DNA of 22,330 nucleotides from an uncultured Dehalococcoidia bacterium (GTDB lineage: Bacteria > Chloroflexota > Dehalococcoidia > Lucifugimonadales > UBA3495), in assembly GCA_950072105.1 (NCBI GenBank), contig CATMOE010000057.1, positions 1 through 22,330 on the forward strand, in the 5' to 3' direction. Position 1 is the first letter of the stretch. The number at the start of each line of letters is the position of its first letter. Below the pieces are notes generated by a model. The model ran no database searches, was not told the origin of the DNA, and saw only the letters and a program-made list of their open reading frames with translations. Positions 1 to 7,385 of the stretch are shown here, piece by piece. The translations under genes and the position numbers were made by a program.

Positions 1-1722
1 CCTCAAGGGAAACCCGCGCCCCAGCAGCCGGCGGCGGCGGCAGCAGCGGCGGACCCCGCCCAGCCGGTAGCTCCTGAGAGGAAGGCTTCTGCATCCGATA
101 CTTCGGCGGGCGGCTTCCAGACCGGCGCCCAGGCTCCGGACACGGCAAAACCCACTTTGGTAGCCGTGCCCACAGATGTCATCAAGAGAGGGGGCGTCCT
201 CAGGCAGGCCCACCGGCGCAGCCCTCTTCACTTCAGGATGGACGTGCGTTCCGCCACGGACGAGACTACAGCATCAGCGCCCATCTTCAATCAATTACTC
301 GCCTTGCAGAACCCCGACTTTGTGAACCTTGGGCCCGACTTGGCCGAGTCCTGGGACGTAAGCGCTGACGGCAAGACATTTACCTTTAACCTAGCATCGG
401 GTGTGATCAACCACAACGGGAACCCATGGACGTCGTCCGATGCAAAGTTCACGTTGGAAACATTGGCCTCGGAGACCGAGAACCGGCCTCCCCATGAACG
501 GGTCAGTGTCGGGGGTGTCAGCCTCCTCGAATCCCTTGAAACCCCTGACGAATCGACACTCATCGTAAATCTGGCTCAGCCCGATGGATTGTTCCTGGCC
601 AACATGGGCTTGCAAGAGCCAATGATGTACACCGAGGTCGACTACGATGAAATAGGCTCGTTGGATAATCCCGTTGGAACCGGCCCATTCCGTCTGACGG
701 ACCACCTAGTGGGCGAGAAGCTCGAGTATAGCCGGCATGACCAGTACTTCAAAGATGGACTGCCCTACCTGGACGGAATCGAAACCTTTATCATCCGGGA
801 TGTGGCGGCCAAGTTGGCGGCTTTCGAAGCCGGCCGGATAGACATAATACTGATGGGTAGCAGCCATGGCTTATATGCCGCAAACCTGCAAGTTGTGGCT
901 GATCGCCACCCTGGCGAAATCACTTTTTATCCCGGCCAACACCCGGTGCTCCGGGGCCTAAAGTGGAACTGGCGGGAAGAGGGCCCCTGGCAGGACAAAC
1001 GGGTACGCCAGGCTATCAACTTGGCCATTAATCGAGACGATATCTGCACTGCTCTTGAGAACTGCATAATGGGCGACTATATGCCCTCAAAGACCTTCGG
1101 TGTGACGACTCGTGACGACTTGGCCACTAGACCTGGCTTTGCCCTACCCGGTCCTGGCAAGGAGGCCGAGCTTGCCAAGGCCAAGACTCTGATGGCCGAG
1201 GCCGGATTCCCCGACGGCTTTGAAGTCAAAGCCCTGTGCCGCGACACCTCCGAGTACCGGGATGCTCTGTGCCCATTGGTAGAGTTCTTGCTGCGGGACA
1301 CTTTGAACATCCGGCTGACGCTGGATGTCCAGGAAAGCGGCGCTTGGGTAGAGAAGCATAACTCGGCAGACTGGCTCTTCGAGGCTGGCTCCTCGGGCTC
1401 CGCGCGGGTTGATCACCCCTTCGACTGGCTCGACGAAGCGACTTTCTGCGGTGAGGCCCCCGTAGAGAACATCATCGGTTACTGCAACGAAACTCTGGAC
1501 GATCTGATGCGCCAGATGCGCATCACCTCGGACATTCCTACGTTGAAGACCTTGACTAAGACGACCCTTGATCTCTTCTACGACGACTTGCCTTACCTGC
1601 CATTGTTCTGGCCGGCACGTTTCCCGGTTTACTGGAACTACGTAAAGAACGTTCCGGACGAGCACTTCTCCGGCCAGTATTCCCAGGCGCGGCGTTTGGA
1701 ACAGGTGTGGTTGGATAAGTAG
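1..1722 (+). CDS. ABC transporter substrate-binding protein, family 5 (DppA/OppA-like); 5'-truncated
   Basis: Frame is open from base 1 (PQGKPAPQQPAAAAAAADP..., a Pro/Ala-rich linker), so the start lies upstream of the window. Family-5 motifs: PDLAESWDVSADGKTFTFNL, PVGTGPF, YFKDGLPYLD, DKRVRQAINLAINR, AKTLMAEAGFPDGF. TAG ends at 1722. Confidence 0.92.
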   Translation, partial: PQGKPAPQQPAAAAAAADPAQPVAPERKASASDTSAGGFQTGAQAPDTAKPTLVAVPTDVIKRGGVLRQAHRRSPLHFRMDVRSATDETTASAPIFNQLLALQNPDFVNLGPDLAESWDVSADGKTFTFNLASGVINHNGNPWTSSDAKFTLETLASETENRPPHERVSVGGVSLLESLETPDESTLIVNLAQPDGLFLANMGLQEPMMYTEVDYDEIGSLDNPVGTGPFRLTDHLVGEKLEYSRHDQYFKDGLPYLDGIETFIIRDVAAKLAAFEAGRIDIILMGSSHGLYAANLQVVADRHPGEITFYPGQHPVLRGLKWNWREEGPWQDKRVRQAINLAINRDDICTALENCIMGDYMPSKTFGVTTRDDLATRPGFALPGPGKEAELAKAKTLMAEAGFPDGFEVKALCRDTSEYRDALCPLVEFLLRDTLNIRLTLDVQESGAWVEKHNSADWLFEAGSSGSARVDHPFDWLDEATFCGEAPVENIIGYCNETLDDLMRQMRITSDIPTLKTLTKTTLDLFYDDLPYLPLFWPARFPVYWNYVKNVPDEHFSGQYSQARRLEQVWLDK

Positions 1723-1750
1723 CAACCGCCAGATCAATCACGGAAATTCG

Positions 1751-1783
1751 GGCCGCCCGCGCAAGCGGGCGGCCTTTTTCTTT
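1751..1783 (+). terminator. Intrinsic terminator after the SBP gene
   Basis: GGCCGCCCGC-GCAA-GCGGGCGGCC (10-bp perfect stem, GNRA loop) followed by TTTTTCTTT. Confidence 0.92.
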
Positions 1784-1986
1784 GCCCTGCGGCCTTCACT
1801 CCCCTCTTTGCGCCTGCCCTTACCTGTTGACCTATCAGGCCGGATTTGCGGACGCCCATACCATGAGCCCTTCACACCGGCTTCGGGCTTGGCCATACCT
1901 GCAACGCCGATGCCGTACAACGTTGCCGCGTCCGACGCCACGTCATTGCTCCGAAAATAGAATTGCCAACCTTCAGCCGCACACTT

Positions 1987-2265
1987 TGTCATTCCAGCAC
2001 CAGCCCTTCCGCTGAAGGGAGGCGAGGCCCTGACTTCGTCGCGAGTTCGTGGCAGAGTCGGGAAATCTCAGGTGACCGCTACAGCCAGGCATGAGACTCC
2101 TCTCCTTCCCCCGAAGGATGGGAGTGACACGAGTCTCCCATTTTCGTGGGCTGTCGTGCGGGCGCCAGCCTGCATGAATGATTCCGAGGACCGTAGCGCC
2201 GAGAAATCTCGGGTGGGGCTGGTGTCTCCTCATATCCGGATCGCTCCCCGAGGCCGGAACGACAA
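1987..2265. repeat. Two degenerate palindromic REP/MITE-like units of the GTCATTCC...GGAATGAC type
   Basis: Unit 1: TGTCATTCC (1987-1995)...GGAAATCTC / GAGACTCC...GGAGTGACA (2121-2129). Unit 2: ATGATTCCGAGGACCGTAGCGCCGAGAAATCTC (~2178-2210)...GGATCGCTC...CGGAACGACAA (to 2265). Both lie between two convergent terminators. Confidence 0.5.
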
Positions 2266-2316
2266 TCGCCTAACTGATGGTTTGCAGCGTGGGGATGGAT
2301 CGTTAACCGAGGGCAT

Positions 2317-2353
2317 AAAATCAGCCACCCGTCATTGGGACGGGTGGCTGATT
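2317..2353 (-). terminator. Intrinsic terminator for the collagen-like gene
   Basis: AATCAGCCACCCGTC-ATTGG-GACGGGTGGCTGATT, a 15-bp perfect inverted repeat. The A-run on its left side gives a U-tract on the minus strand. Confidence 0.8.
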
Positions 2354-2427
2354 CGTTAAAGCAACTTATGAAGGGCCGATATTGTAAGGCAGCTAGATTG
2401 CCCTAGCTTTCTCAGACGCGCCTTCCT

Positions 2428-3000
2428 TTAGCCCTCAGGCTTGGCAGTGACATTGAGCGGGGCGCTGGCCCCTCCGTTCTTGCTCCCCAGAACGACTACC
2501 CCGTGCAGCCCCGGCTTCAGCGGGCCGCCTTCCCTCTCCCGTTTTCGAGGCCTGATTTCAACTTTGAAAGTCCCAGAGCTGTCGGCTACAGCACCGCCAA
2601 TGAAGACGTGGTAACCGTCCGGCCCGTACACCTCAACGGTCACGGCCTCTTCGTTTTGCCAGCCTGAGCCGATGACGTTTATTCTGGGACGTCCTTCTTC
2701 AACCTCGTTGGGGGATAACATTATCGCTGCGGGATATACGGAGCTGGGAGCCCCAGAAGCGCCGGTTGGACCGGGAGATCCTTGCTCGCCCTGGGGTCCA
2801 CGCGCCCCTTGAGAGCCTGCGGGGCCATCGACGCCGGGGAGGCCCGGTAGTCCGGGTTTACCGGCGCTGCCGGGATTTCCGGGTAGACCTGGGTCGCCGG
2901 GTACACCCTGAAAACCCGCCGCTCCGGCGCAAGCGACGAAAGCAAAGGTGACTATCGATATTAGTAGATAAACAGGGATCGCTCTAAGAACACGCTTCAT
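2428..3000 (-). CDS. Collagen-like (Gly-X-Y repeat) lipoprotein
   Basis: Basic N-terminus, hydrophobic stretch and FVAC lipobox-like Cys24, then 20 uninterrupted Gly-X-Y triplets (aa 26-85) and a beta-rich C-terminal domain. GAGGT SD upstream. Confidence 0.85.
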   Translation of the reverse strand: MKRVLRAIPVYLLISIVTFAFVACAGAAGFQGVPGDPGLPGNPGSAGKPGLPGLPGVDGPAGSQGARGPQGEQGSPGPTGASGAPSSVYPAAIMLSPNEVEEGRPRINVIGSGWQNEEAVTVEVYGPDGYHVFIGGAVADSSGTFKVEIRPRKREREGGPLKPGLHGVVVLGSKNGGASAPLNVTAKPEG

Positions 3001-3079
3001 CTGAATTTTCTTACCTCGGTTTGTTGATCGATCTAGGTCTTTTGAAACAAGCTAATTTGCGCTTATCCGCGATGCGCCT

Positions 3080-3109
3080 AGTATATTTCAGACTAAAAGG
3101 CCCAGTCAA
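3080..3109 (-). promoter_or_regulatory. Sigma70-type promoter for the collagen-like gene
   Basis: Minus strand TTGACT-N18-TATACT. Confidence 0.55.
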
Positions 3110-3257
3110 GCTCGGTTAGCAGTATGGTAGGCCTGTTCTAACTTGCCGAATGCCGCTACGTTTCGGAAATTTTGGTCGCCTTAATTACTTTCCGAGCGGC
3201 CTCGCAGCTCCGTTGGAGCAAGATTGCCATCTCTATAACACGATCGGACGATAGATG

Positions 3258-3286
3258 TTGACGCCTGCTTTCCGGCTGGCTACAAT
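3258..3286 (+). promoter_or_regulatory. Sigma70-type promoter for the VOC gene
   Basis: TTGACG-N17-TACAAT. Confidence 0.6.
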
Positions 3287-3359
3287 CAGGCTGCATCAGA
3301 TACGAATTAGTCCCATTGTTGTACACGGCAGCACGGGGTGATTCAATCGAGGAGGAGTT

Positions 3360-3788
3360 ATGCCAAAGATCAAACACATCGCGATGACTGCTAAAGACCC
3401 GCAAAAAGTCGCCGCCTTTTACATGGAACTGTTCGGTATGGAAGAGGTCGGCCGCAGTGGCGACAGCCACGTGTACCTCAGCGACGGCGAGATGAACTTG
3501 ACTATCCGAAGCTGTAAATCCGAGGGCGACGCCGACGTGGGCGAAGGCGGGGGCGGTTTTGAAGGGATCCACCACATCGGCTTCGTGGTGGACGATGTGG
3601 AAGAATATTCGGAAAAGGCGCTGAAGATTGGGGCAAAGATGCTCTCGCCCGCCAAGGCCGTTGCCTCAGGGGCAAGTACCGGCGGTGGAGCGCCTCCGGG
3701 CAGAGCTTACAGCAATGCCGAGGTCAAGATCAGCGGGCCCAACGGAGTAGTGTTGGACATGTCGGAGGCCGGCTGGATAGGCAACTAG
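3360..3788 (+). CDS. VOC (glyoxalase/bleomycin resistance/dioxygenase) family protein
   Basis: KIKHIAM..D...AAFYMELFGM, GIHHIGFVVDDVE and GPNGVVLDMSE motifs. Strong GAGGAGGAG SD. Confidence 0.88.
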   Translation: MPKIKHIAMTAKDPQKVAAFYMELFGMEEVGRSGDSHVYLSDGEMNLTIRSCKSEGDADVGEGGGGFEGIHHIGFVVDDVEEYSEKALKIGAKMLSPAKAVASGASTGGGAPPGRAYSNAEVKISGPNGVVLDMSEAGWIGN

Positions 3789-3813
3789 CGGGTTCTTCTC
3801 AGACTCAGGAGAA

Positions 3814-4266
3814 TTAATCCTCGGGCGGCAAATAGGCGTTGGGTACGATGGCGCTGCCCTGCCCCACGCCTGTTGTGTCGCCTTTCTGGTTCTGTGCCGT
3901 GATCGCCACCGAGATCTTGCTGCCGTTCGCCTCCCGGGATATCCCGGAAATCTTGCCGGAGAAGGTGATGGTGTCTCCGGGGCGAACCGGCCTCAGAAAC
4001 CTCAGGTCAACCATTCCGCTGTGATTGAACACGTCGGCCCCAAAATATCTCCTCAGCATCTCGATGGCAAAGGTCAGTGACATTCGGCCCGAAGCAACGG
4101 TGCCTTCGGTGCCGAGAACCTCTCTGGCGGTGGCTTCGTCGGTAAATTGAGACGGACCGGATTCACCGGCGCTTCCCTCAAAGAGATTGATGGCCTCTTG
4201 AGTCATTTCCTTAACGATCGGCGTGATATCGTCGTCTATCTGGTAATTCCGGTTTAGCCCCCCCAT
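3814..4266 (-). CDS. MaoC-like hotdog-fold protein
   Basis: TDEATA...GTVASGRM and LRFLRPVRPGDTITFSG...QNQKG patterns typical of the MaoC fold. ATG overlaps the end of the upstream gene. Confidence 0.82.
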   Translation of the reverse strand: MGGLNRNYQIDDDITPIVKEMTQEAINLFEGSAGESGPSQFTDEATAREVLGTEGTVASGRMSLTFAIEMLRRYFGADVFNHSGMVDLRFLRPVRPGDTITFSGKISGISREANGSKISVAITAQNQKGDTTGVGQGSAIVPNAYLPPED

Positions 4267-4673
4267 TTTTTGCCTACCTCTGACGGTTGCTTCAGTTCAT
4301 GGGTGATGACCCGGTCGATCAACCGTCCATCTTCATCCACGGAAACCGCTTCCGTCACGATGTAGTTCTTGCCCCTTCTCAAGTATTTGTCTGTGATCCA
4401 CGCCCTAACGGTTATCTTCTTACCGGCAATGGGAGGGCCGTAGCAATAGAAGGCGCATCTGGCGTTGACCGATCCGTTGTCCCGGTACTTGGCGTTGTAC
4501 TGTTTAACGTCCACTTTATGAGCGATGGTGGGGAAGCCGGCTTCGGGGTCCATGACCCCTTTTCGATATGTATCAATCATCTCTTGGGTCAAAACATACT
4601 CGTATTTTTCGAACGTCTCCCCCACTTCCAAAGCGTCCCAGTCCAGCAATATCTTGTTGTCAGCTTCTACCAT
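4254..4673 (-). CDS. Hotdog-fold protein, probable MaoC-like partner subunit
   Basis: LEVGETF...LTQEMIDTYRKGVMD and PPIAGKKITVRAWITDKYLRRGKNYIVTEAVSVDEDG. Start placed at ATG 4673 (AAGGA SD, upstream promoter) rather than 4733. Confidence 0.72.
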   Translation of the reverse strand: MVEADNKILLDWDALEVGETFEKYEYVLTQEMIDTYRKGVMDPEAGFPTIAHKVDVKQYNAKYRDNGSVNARCAFYCYGPPIAGKKITVRAWITDKYLRRGKNYIVTEAVSVDEDGRLIDRVITHELKQPSEVGKKWGG

Positions 4674-4711
4674 TATCGGCCCGTCCTTTTCAATTCTGAA
4701 GCTATCGGTCA

Positions 4712-4740
4712 AGTATAGACCACAGGCAGTCACCAGTCAT
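4712..4740 (-). promoter_or_regulatory. Candidate promoter for the hotdog-fold pair
   Basis: Minus strand ATGACT-N17-TATACT. Confidence 0.4.
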
Positions 4741-4837
4741 CCCGGCGAGCGCCCAGGTCAAGCCCAATTGTGATATCGTTCACCCTGTTGAAACACCGTT
4801 CCGTATCCTCGGATATCCGCCAATGGAAGGGTATGAG

Positions 4838-5221
4838 TTGAAAGAAGCCGGTTTGGTGATGCTGGGTGGCGCCAGTGGCGCGCTGACCCGTTATATGCTG
4901 CAACAACTTGCTCTGCGCATCGGTTTGACCGGCCAGATCGGTCTTCTGACGGTGAACGTATCTGGGAGCTTTGCGTTGGGGTTGTTGCTGTCATTCTGGT
5001 TGACCAGGACATCGTACCCAACCGGGTTGCAGCTCCTTCTCGCCGTGGGATTCATCAGCAGCTATACGACGTTCGCCACGTTGATGTGGGACAGCTTCCG
5101 GTTGGCGCAGAACGGCTCGGTGTTGATGGCCTTGCTGAATCTTTTCGGGAGTTTGGTGGCGGGTTTGGGCGCTGTGGCCTTGGGATTCCTGGCCGGACGG
5201 CTGATTGGGCAGGTCGCCTAG
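4838..5221 (+). CDS. crcB: Fluoride channel Fluc/CrcB family protein
   Basis: Four hydrophobic segments with GGASGALTRY, VNVSGSFALG and GFISSYTTF motifs. TTG 4838 is preceded by GGAAGGG; the in-frame ATG at 4823 is an alternative start. Confidence 0.9.
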   Translation: MKEAGLVMLGGASGALTRYMLQQLALRIGLTGQIGLLTVNVSGSFALGLLLSFWLTRTSYPTGLQLLLAVGFISSYTTFATLMWDSFRLAQNGSVLMALLNLFGSLVAGLGAVALGFLAGRLIGQVA

Positions 5222-5278
5222 AAGGAGTCCGGAGGGCGGCTTGCTTAGGCCGCTAAAATTAGGATGGGGAACGGGCGG

Positions 5279-5440
5279 TTACTTTCCGTGACACCTTTTG
5301 TATTTTCTGCCGCTGCCACAGGGACATCTCTCGTTGCGGCCGATTTTGCTGGGGTTTTGGGTGGCAAAGGTCCGCTTCTCCTGGCACTGGACGCAGGTGC
5401 AAGCTTGGGGATGTTCCGCGTACCAGTTGGGTCTTACCAT
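5279..5440 (-). CDS. 53-aa SEC-C motif mini-protein with an N-terminal H-x3-C-x-C-x2-C motif
   Basis: Translated by hand (below the ORF-track cutoff): [53 protein letters not shown]. Near-consensus SEC-C motif. AGGTGG SD before the ATG. Confidence 0.85.
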   Translation of the reverse strand: MVRPNWYAEHPQACTCVQCQEKRTFATQNPSKIGRNERCPCGSGRKYKRCHGK

Positions 5441-5510
5441 CTTCCACCTGATTGGATTCGGCGCGGCGGCAATCAGCCTTGGCCTGGAGTCTGGTTCAAA
5501 CGCTCGTTAC

Positions 5511-5540
5511 AAAAAAAGGGGCCCCAACTTCAGTTGAGGC
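5511..5540 (-). terminator. Terminator-like hairpin in the leader of the SEC-C mini-gene
   Basis: Minus strand GCCTCAAC-TGAA-GTTGGGGC (8 bp, one G-U) followed by CCC-TTTTTTT. Confidence 0.5.
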
Positions 5541-5549
5541 ATTAGAACT

Positions 5550-5579
5550 ATTGTAACATAACCAAAACAGGTTTGGCAA
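5550..5579 (-). promoter_or_regulatory. Sigma70-type promoter with extended -10, upstream of the SEC-C mini-gene
   Basis: Minus strand TTGCCA-N18-TACAAT, with TG-T directly before the -10. Confidence 0.6.
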
Positions 5580-5673
5580 GCGTTTGTGCCTGAAGACGTA
5601 AAAACCCATGGATCACCCGGCTTAGACAGGCCCGTAACGATTTCGTCGTTGGGCCGATGGAGGACCAGATTAA

Positions 5674-7275
5674 ATGGATGATCTGCTGATTCGAGGCGGA
5701 GAGGTGATCGACGGCACCGGCGCGGCGGCTCGCCGGGCCGATTTGGCGGTCAGTGACGGACGGATCGTGACGATCGGGGATTGTGCCGGCCGGGAGGCTT
5801 TGAGGGTTATCGATGCATCGGGTCAGGTGGTGGCGCCGGGGTTCATCGATATTCACACCCACTCCGACTTCACCCTTCCCCTTAATCCCCAGGCGGAAAG
5901 TAAGATTCGGCAGGGGGTAACCACTGAAGTGGTAGGCAACTGTGGATATTCCACGGCGCCGGTATTGCCCGGCCAAGCTGACAAGCTAAAGGACTTCCTA
6001 GCCGCCGGAGCGCCCTGGCTGAGTTTCCGGGAGACCAGCTTCGCCGAATATATGGACACCTTCCCCCAAACGTCGGTGAACACCGTTATGCAAGTGGGCC
6101 ACGCCACGCTACGGTTGATGACGATGGGGATGGAAGATAGAGCTCCTACCGCCCAAGAATTGTCTAAGATGGAATCGCTCCTGGAAGAGGCGTTGGATGC
6201 GGGAGCGTTGGGGATGTCTTGCGGGCTGTTTACTGCTCCGGGAAACTACGCCGATTTTGACGAACTCGCCTCCCTAGCTCGAATTCTGAAACAACGGGGC
6301 GCCACCTACGCATCCCATATCAGGGACGAAGCGAATCACGTCCTCGAGGCCATAGACGAAGCTATATCCGTTGGCGAGACCACGGGTGTGCGGGTTCAGA
6401 TCGCCCACATAAAACTCTCCGGCTTGGATAACTGGGGCCGGACCGAGGAACTGCTGGGGCGCATCGGCGCGGCCAGAGGACGCGGAGTAGACGTTCATTG
6501 CGATCAATATCCCTACACTGCCGGGACCAACCCTCTGCGCAACCTGCTGCCTCTGTGGGTCCAGGCCGGCGGGATTGAGGCCATGCTGGAGCGGCTGGTG
6601 GACCCCCAAGCCATCGAGCGTATGAGGCAGGATATCCAGCGCGACGGACTAACCAATTTCGGCCGGGTAGCGTCTTGGGACGCCGTGCGCATCGCCATCT
6701 CTCCCAACCAGCCGGAGATTGCCGGCCGTACCATAGAGGAGGCCGCCTCGGAGCGTGAGTGTGACCCGCTCACGGCCGCTTGCGAAATTCTCGCGGCTGA
6801 CCAAGGACATACCCGGATCGTGGTTGCGTCCATGTCGGAAGATGACGTGCAGGAAATATTGCGCTCGCCGATGGTGATGATAGGGTCCGACGGCAATTCT
6901 CTGGCTATCCATGGAATTACCAGTCAAGGCAGGCCCCATCCCCGGTTCTACGGGACGTTCGCCCGGGTTTTGGGCCACTATGTCCGTGACCTTGGAATCC
7001 TCTCGCTGCCCCTGGCCATCCACAAGATGACGGGAGGATCGGCCGATGCTCTGAGGATGTACGACCGGGGAAAGTTACTGGAAGGGAACTGGGCTGACAT
7101 CACGGTGTTCGACCCGGCCCAAATCGGCGAAATGGCTTCCTACGACGATCCTCACCAGTACGCCAAGGGCATCTCCACGGTAATTGTTAACGGAAAAGTC
7201 GTCATTGAGGCTGGTGAGCATACCGGCGAACTTCCCGGCAAAGTCTTGCGCCGGGGTCTCAATGGCGTCGGTTAA
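5674..7275 (+). CDS. N-acyl-D-amino-acid deacylase (D-aminoacylase) family amidohydrolase
   Basis: VIDGTG, APGFIDIHTHSD, GVTTEVVGNCG, SHIRDE, AHIK, IGSDG, PHPRFYGTFARVLG. GGAGG SD. Confidence 0.92.
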   Translation: MDDLLIRGGEVIDGTGAAARRADLAVSDGRIVTIGDCAGREALRVIDASGQVVAPGFIDIHTHSDFTLPLNPQAESKIRQGVTTEVVGNCGYSTAPVLPGQADKLKDFLAAGAPWLSFRETSFAEYMDTFPQTSVNTVMQVGHATLRLMTMGMEDRAPTAQELSKMESLLEEALDAGALGMSCGLFTAPGNYADFDELASLARILKQRGATYASHIRDEANHVLEAIDEAISVGETTGVRVQIAHIKLSGLDNWGRTEELLGRIGAARGRGVDVHCDQYPYTAGTNPLRNLLPLWVQAGGIEAMLERLVDPQAIERMRQDIQRDGLTNFGRVASWDAVRIAISPNQPEIAGRTIEEAASERECDPLTAACEILAADQGHTRIVVASMSEDDVQEILRSPMVMIGSDGNSLAIHGITSQGRPHPRFYGTFARVLGHYVRDLGILSLPLAIHKMTGGSADALRMYDRGKLLEGNWADITVFDPAQIGEMASYDDPHQYAKGISTVIVNGKVVIEAGEHTGELPGKVLRRGLNGVG

Positions 7276-7324
7276 GAGACTCGTGTTGCTTCTGACCGGT
7301 GCGAGACGAATCGGACCGTCCCGA

Positions 7325-7333
7325 TGGTATACT
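7325..7333 (+). promoter_or_regulatory. Candidate extended -10 element
   Basis: TGGTATACT about 50 nt upstream of the GTG start; no clear -35. Confidence 0.35.
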
Positions 7334-7385
7334 CGTTGGCCGAGATATTATTACGCAATAAAATCTTTCTAGAGGGTTCGCCAGA

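Noticed and set aside
157..159. TTG 157 as the SBP start
   Set aside because: The frame is open to base 1 and no signal peptide follows 157; the gene begins upstream of the window.
1738..2359. Four short ORFs in the gap after the SBP gene
   Set aside because: They run through terminators and palindromic repeats, show no recognisable motifs and lack convincing SD sequences.
4770..4830. Possible fluoride riboswitch upstream of crcB (GTGATATCGTTCAC ... GCCAATG)
   Set aside because: Only superficially like GGYGATGGNGTTCRCC...GCTRATGAC; the GATGG core and a convincing pseudoknot partner are missing. It could instead be an extended -10 (TGATATCGT). An RF01734 scan would settle it.
5236..5253. Hairpin GCGGCTT-GCTT-AGGCCGC after crcB as a terminator
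   Set aside because: No U-tract downstream on either strand, so it is not called.
5259..5545. Track ORFs 5259-5447(-), 5264-5545(+) and 5298-5537(+)
   Set aside because: Shadow frames of the SEC-C mini-gene; YFLPLPQGH is the antisense reading of CPCGSGRKY.
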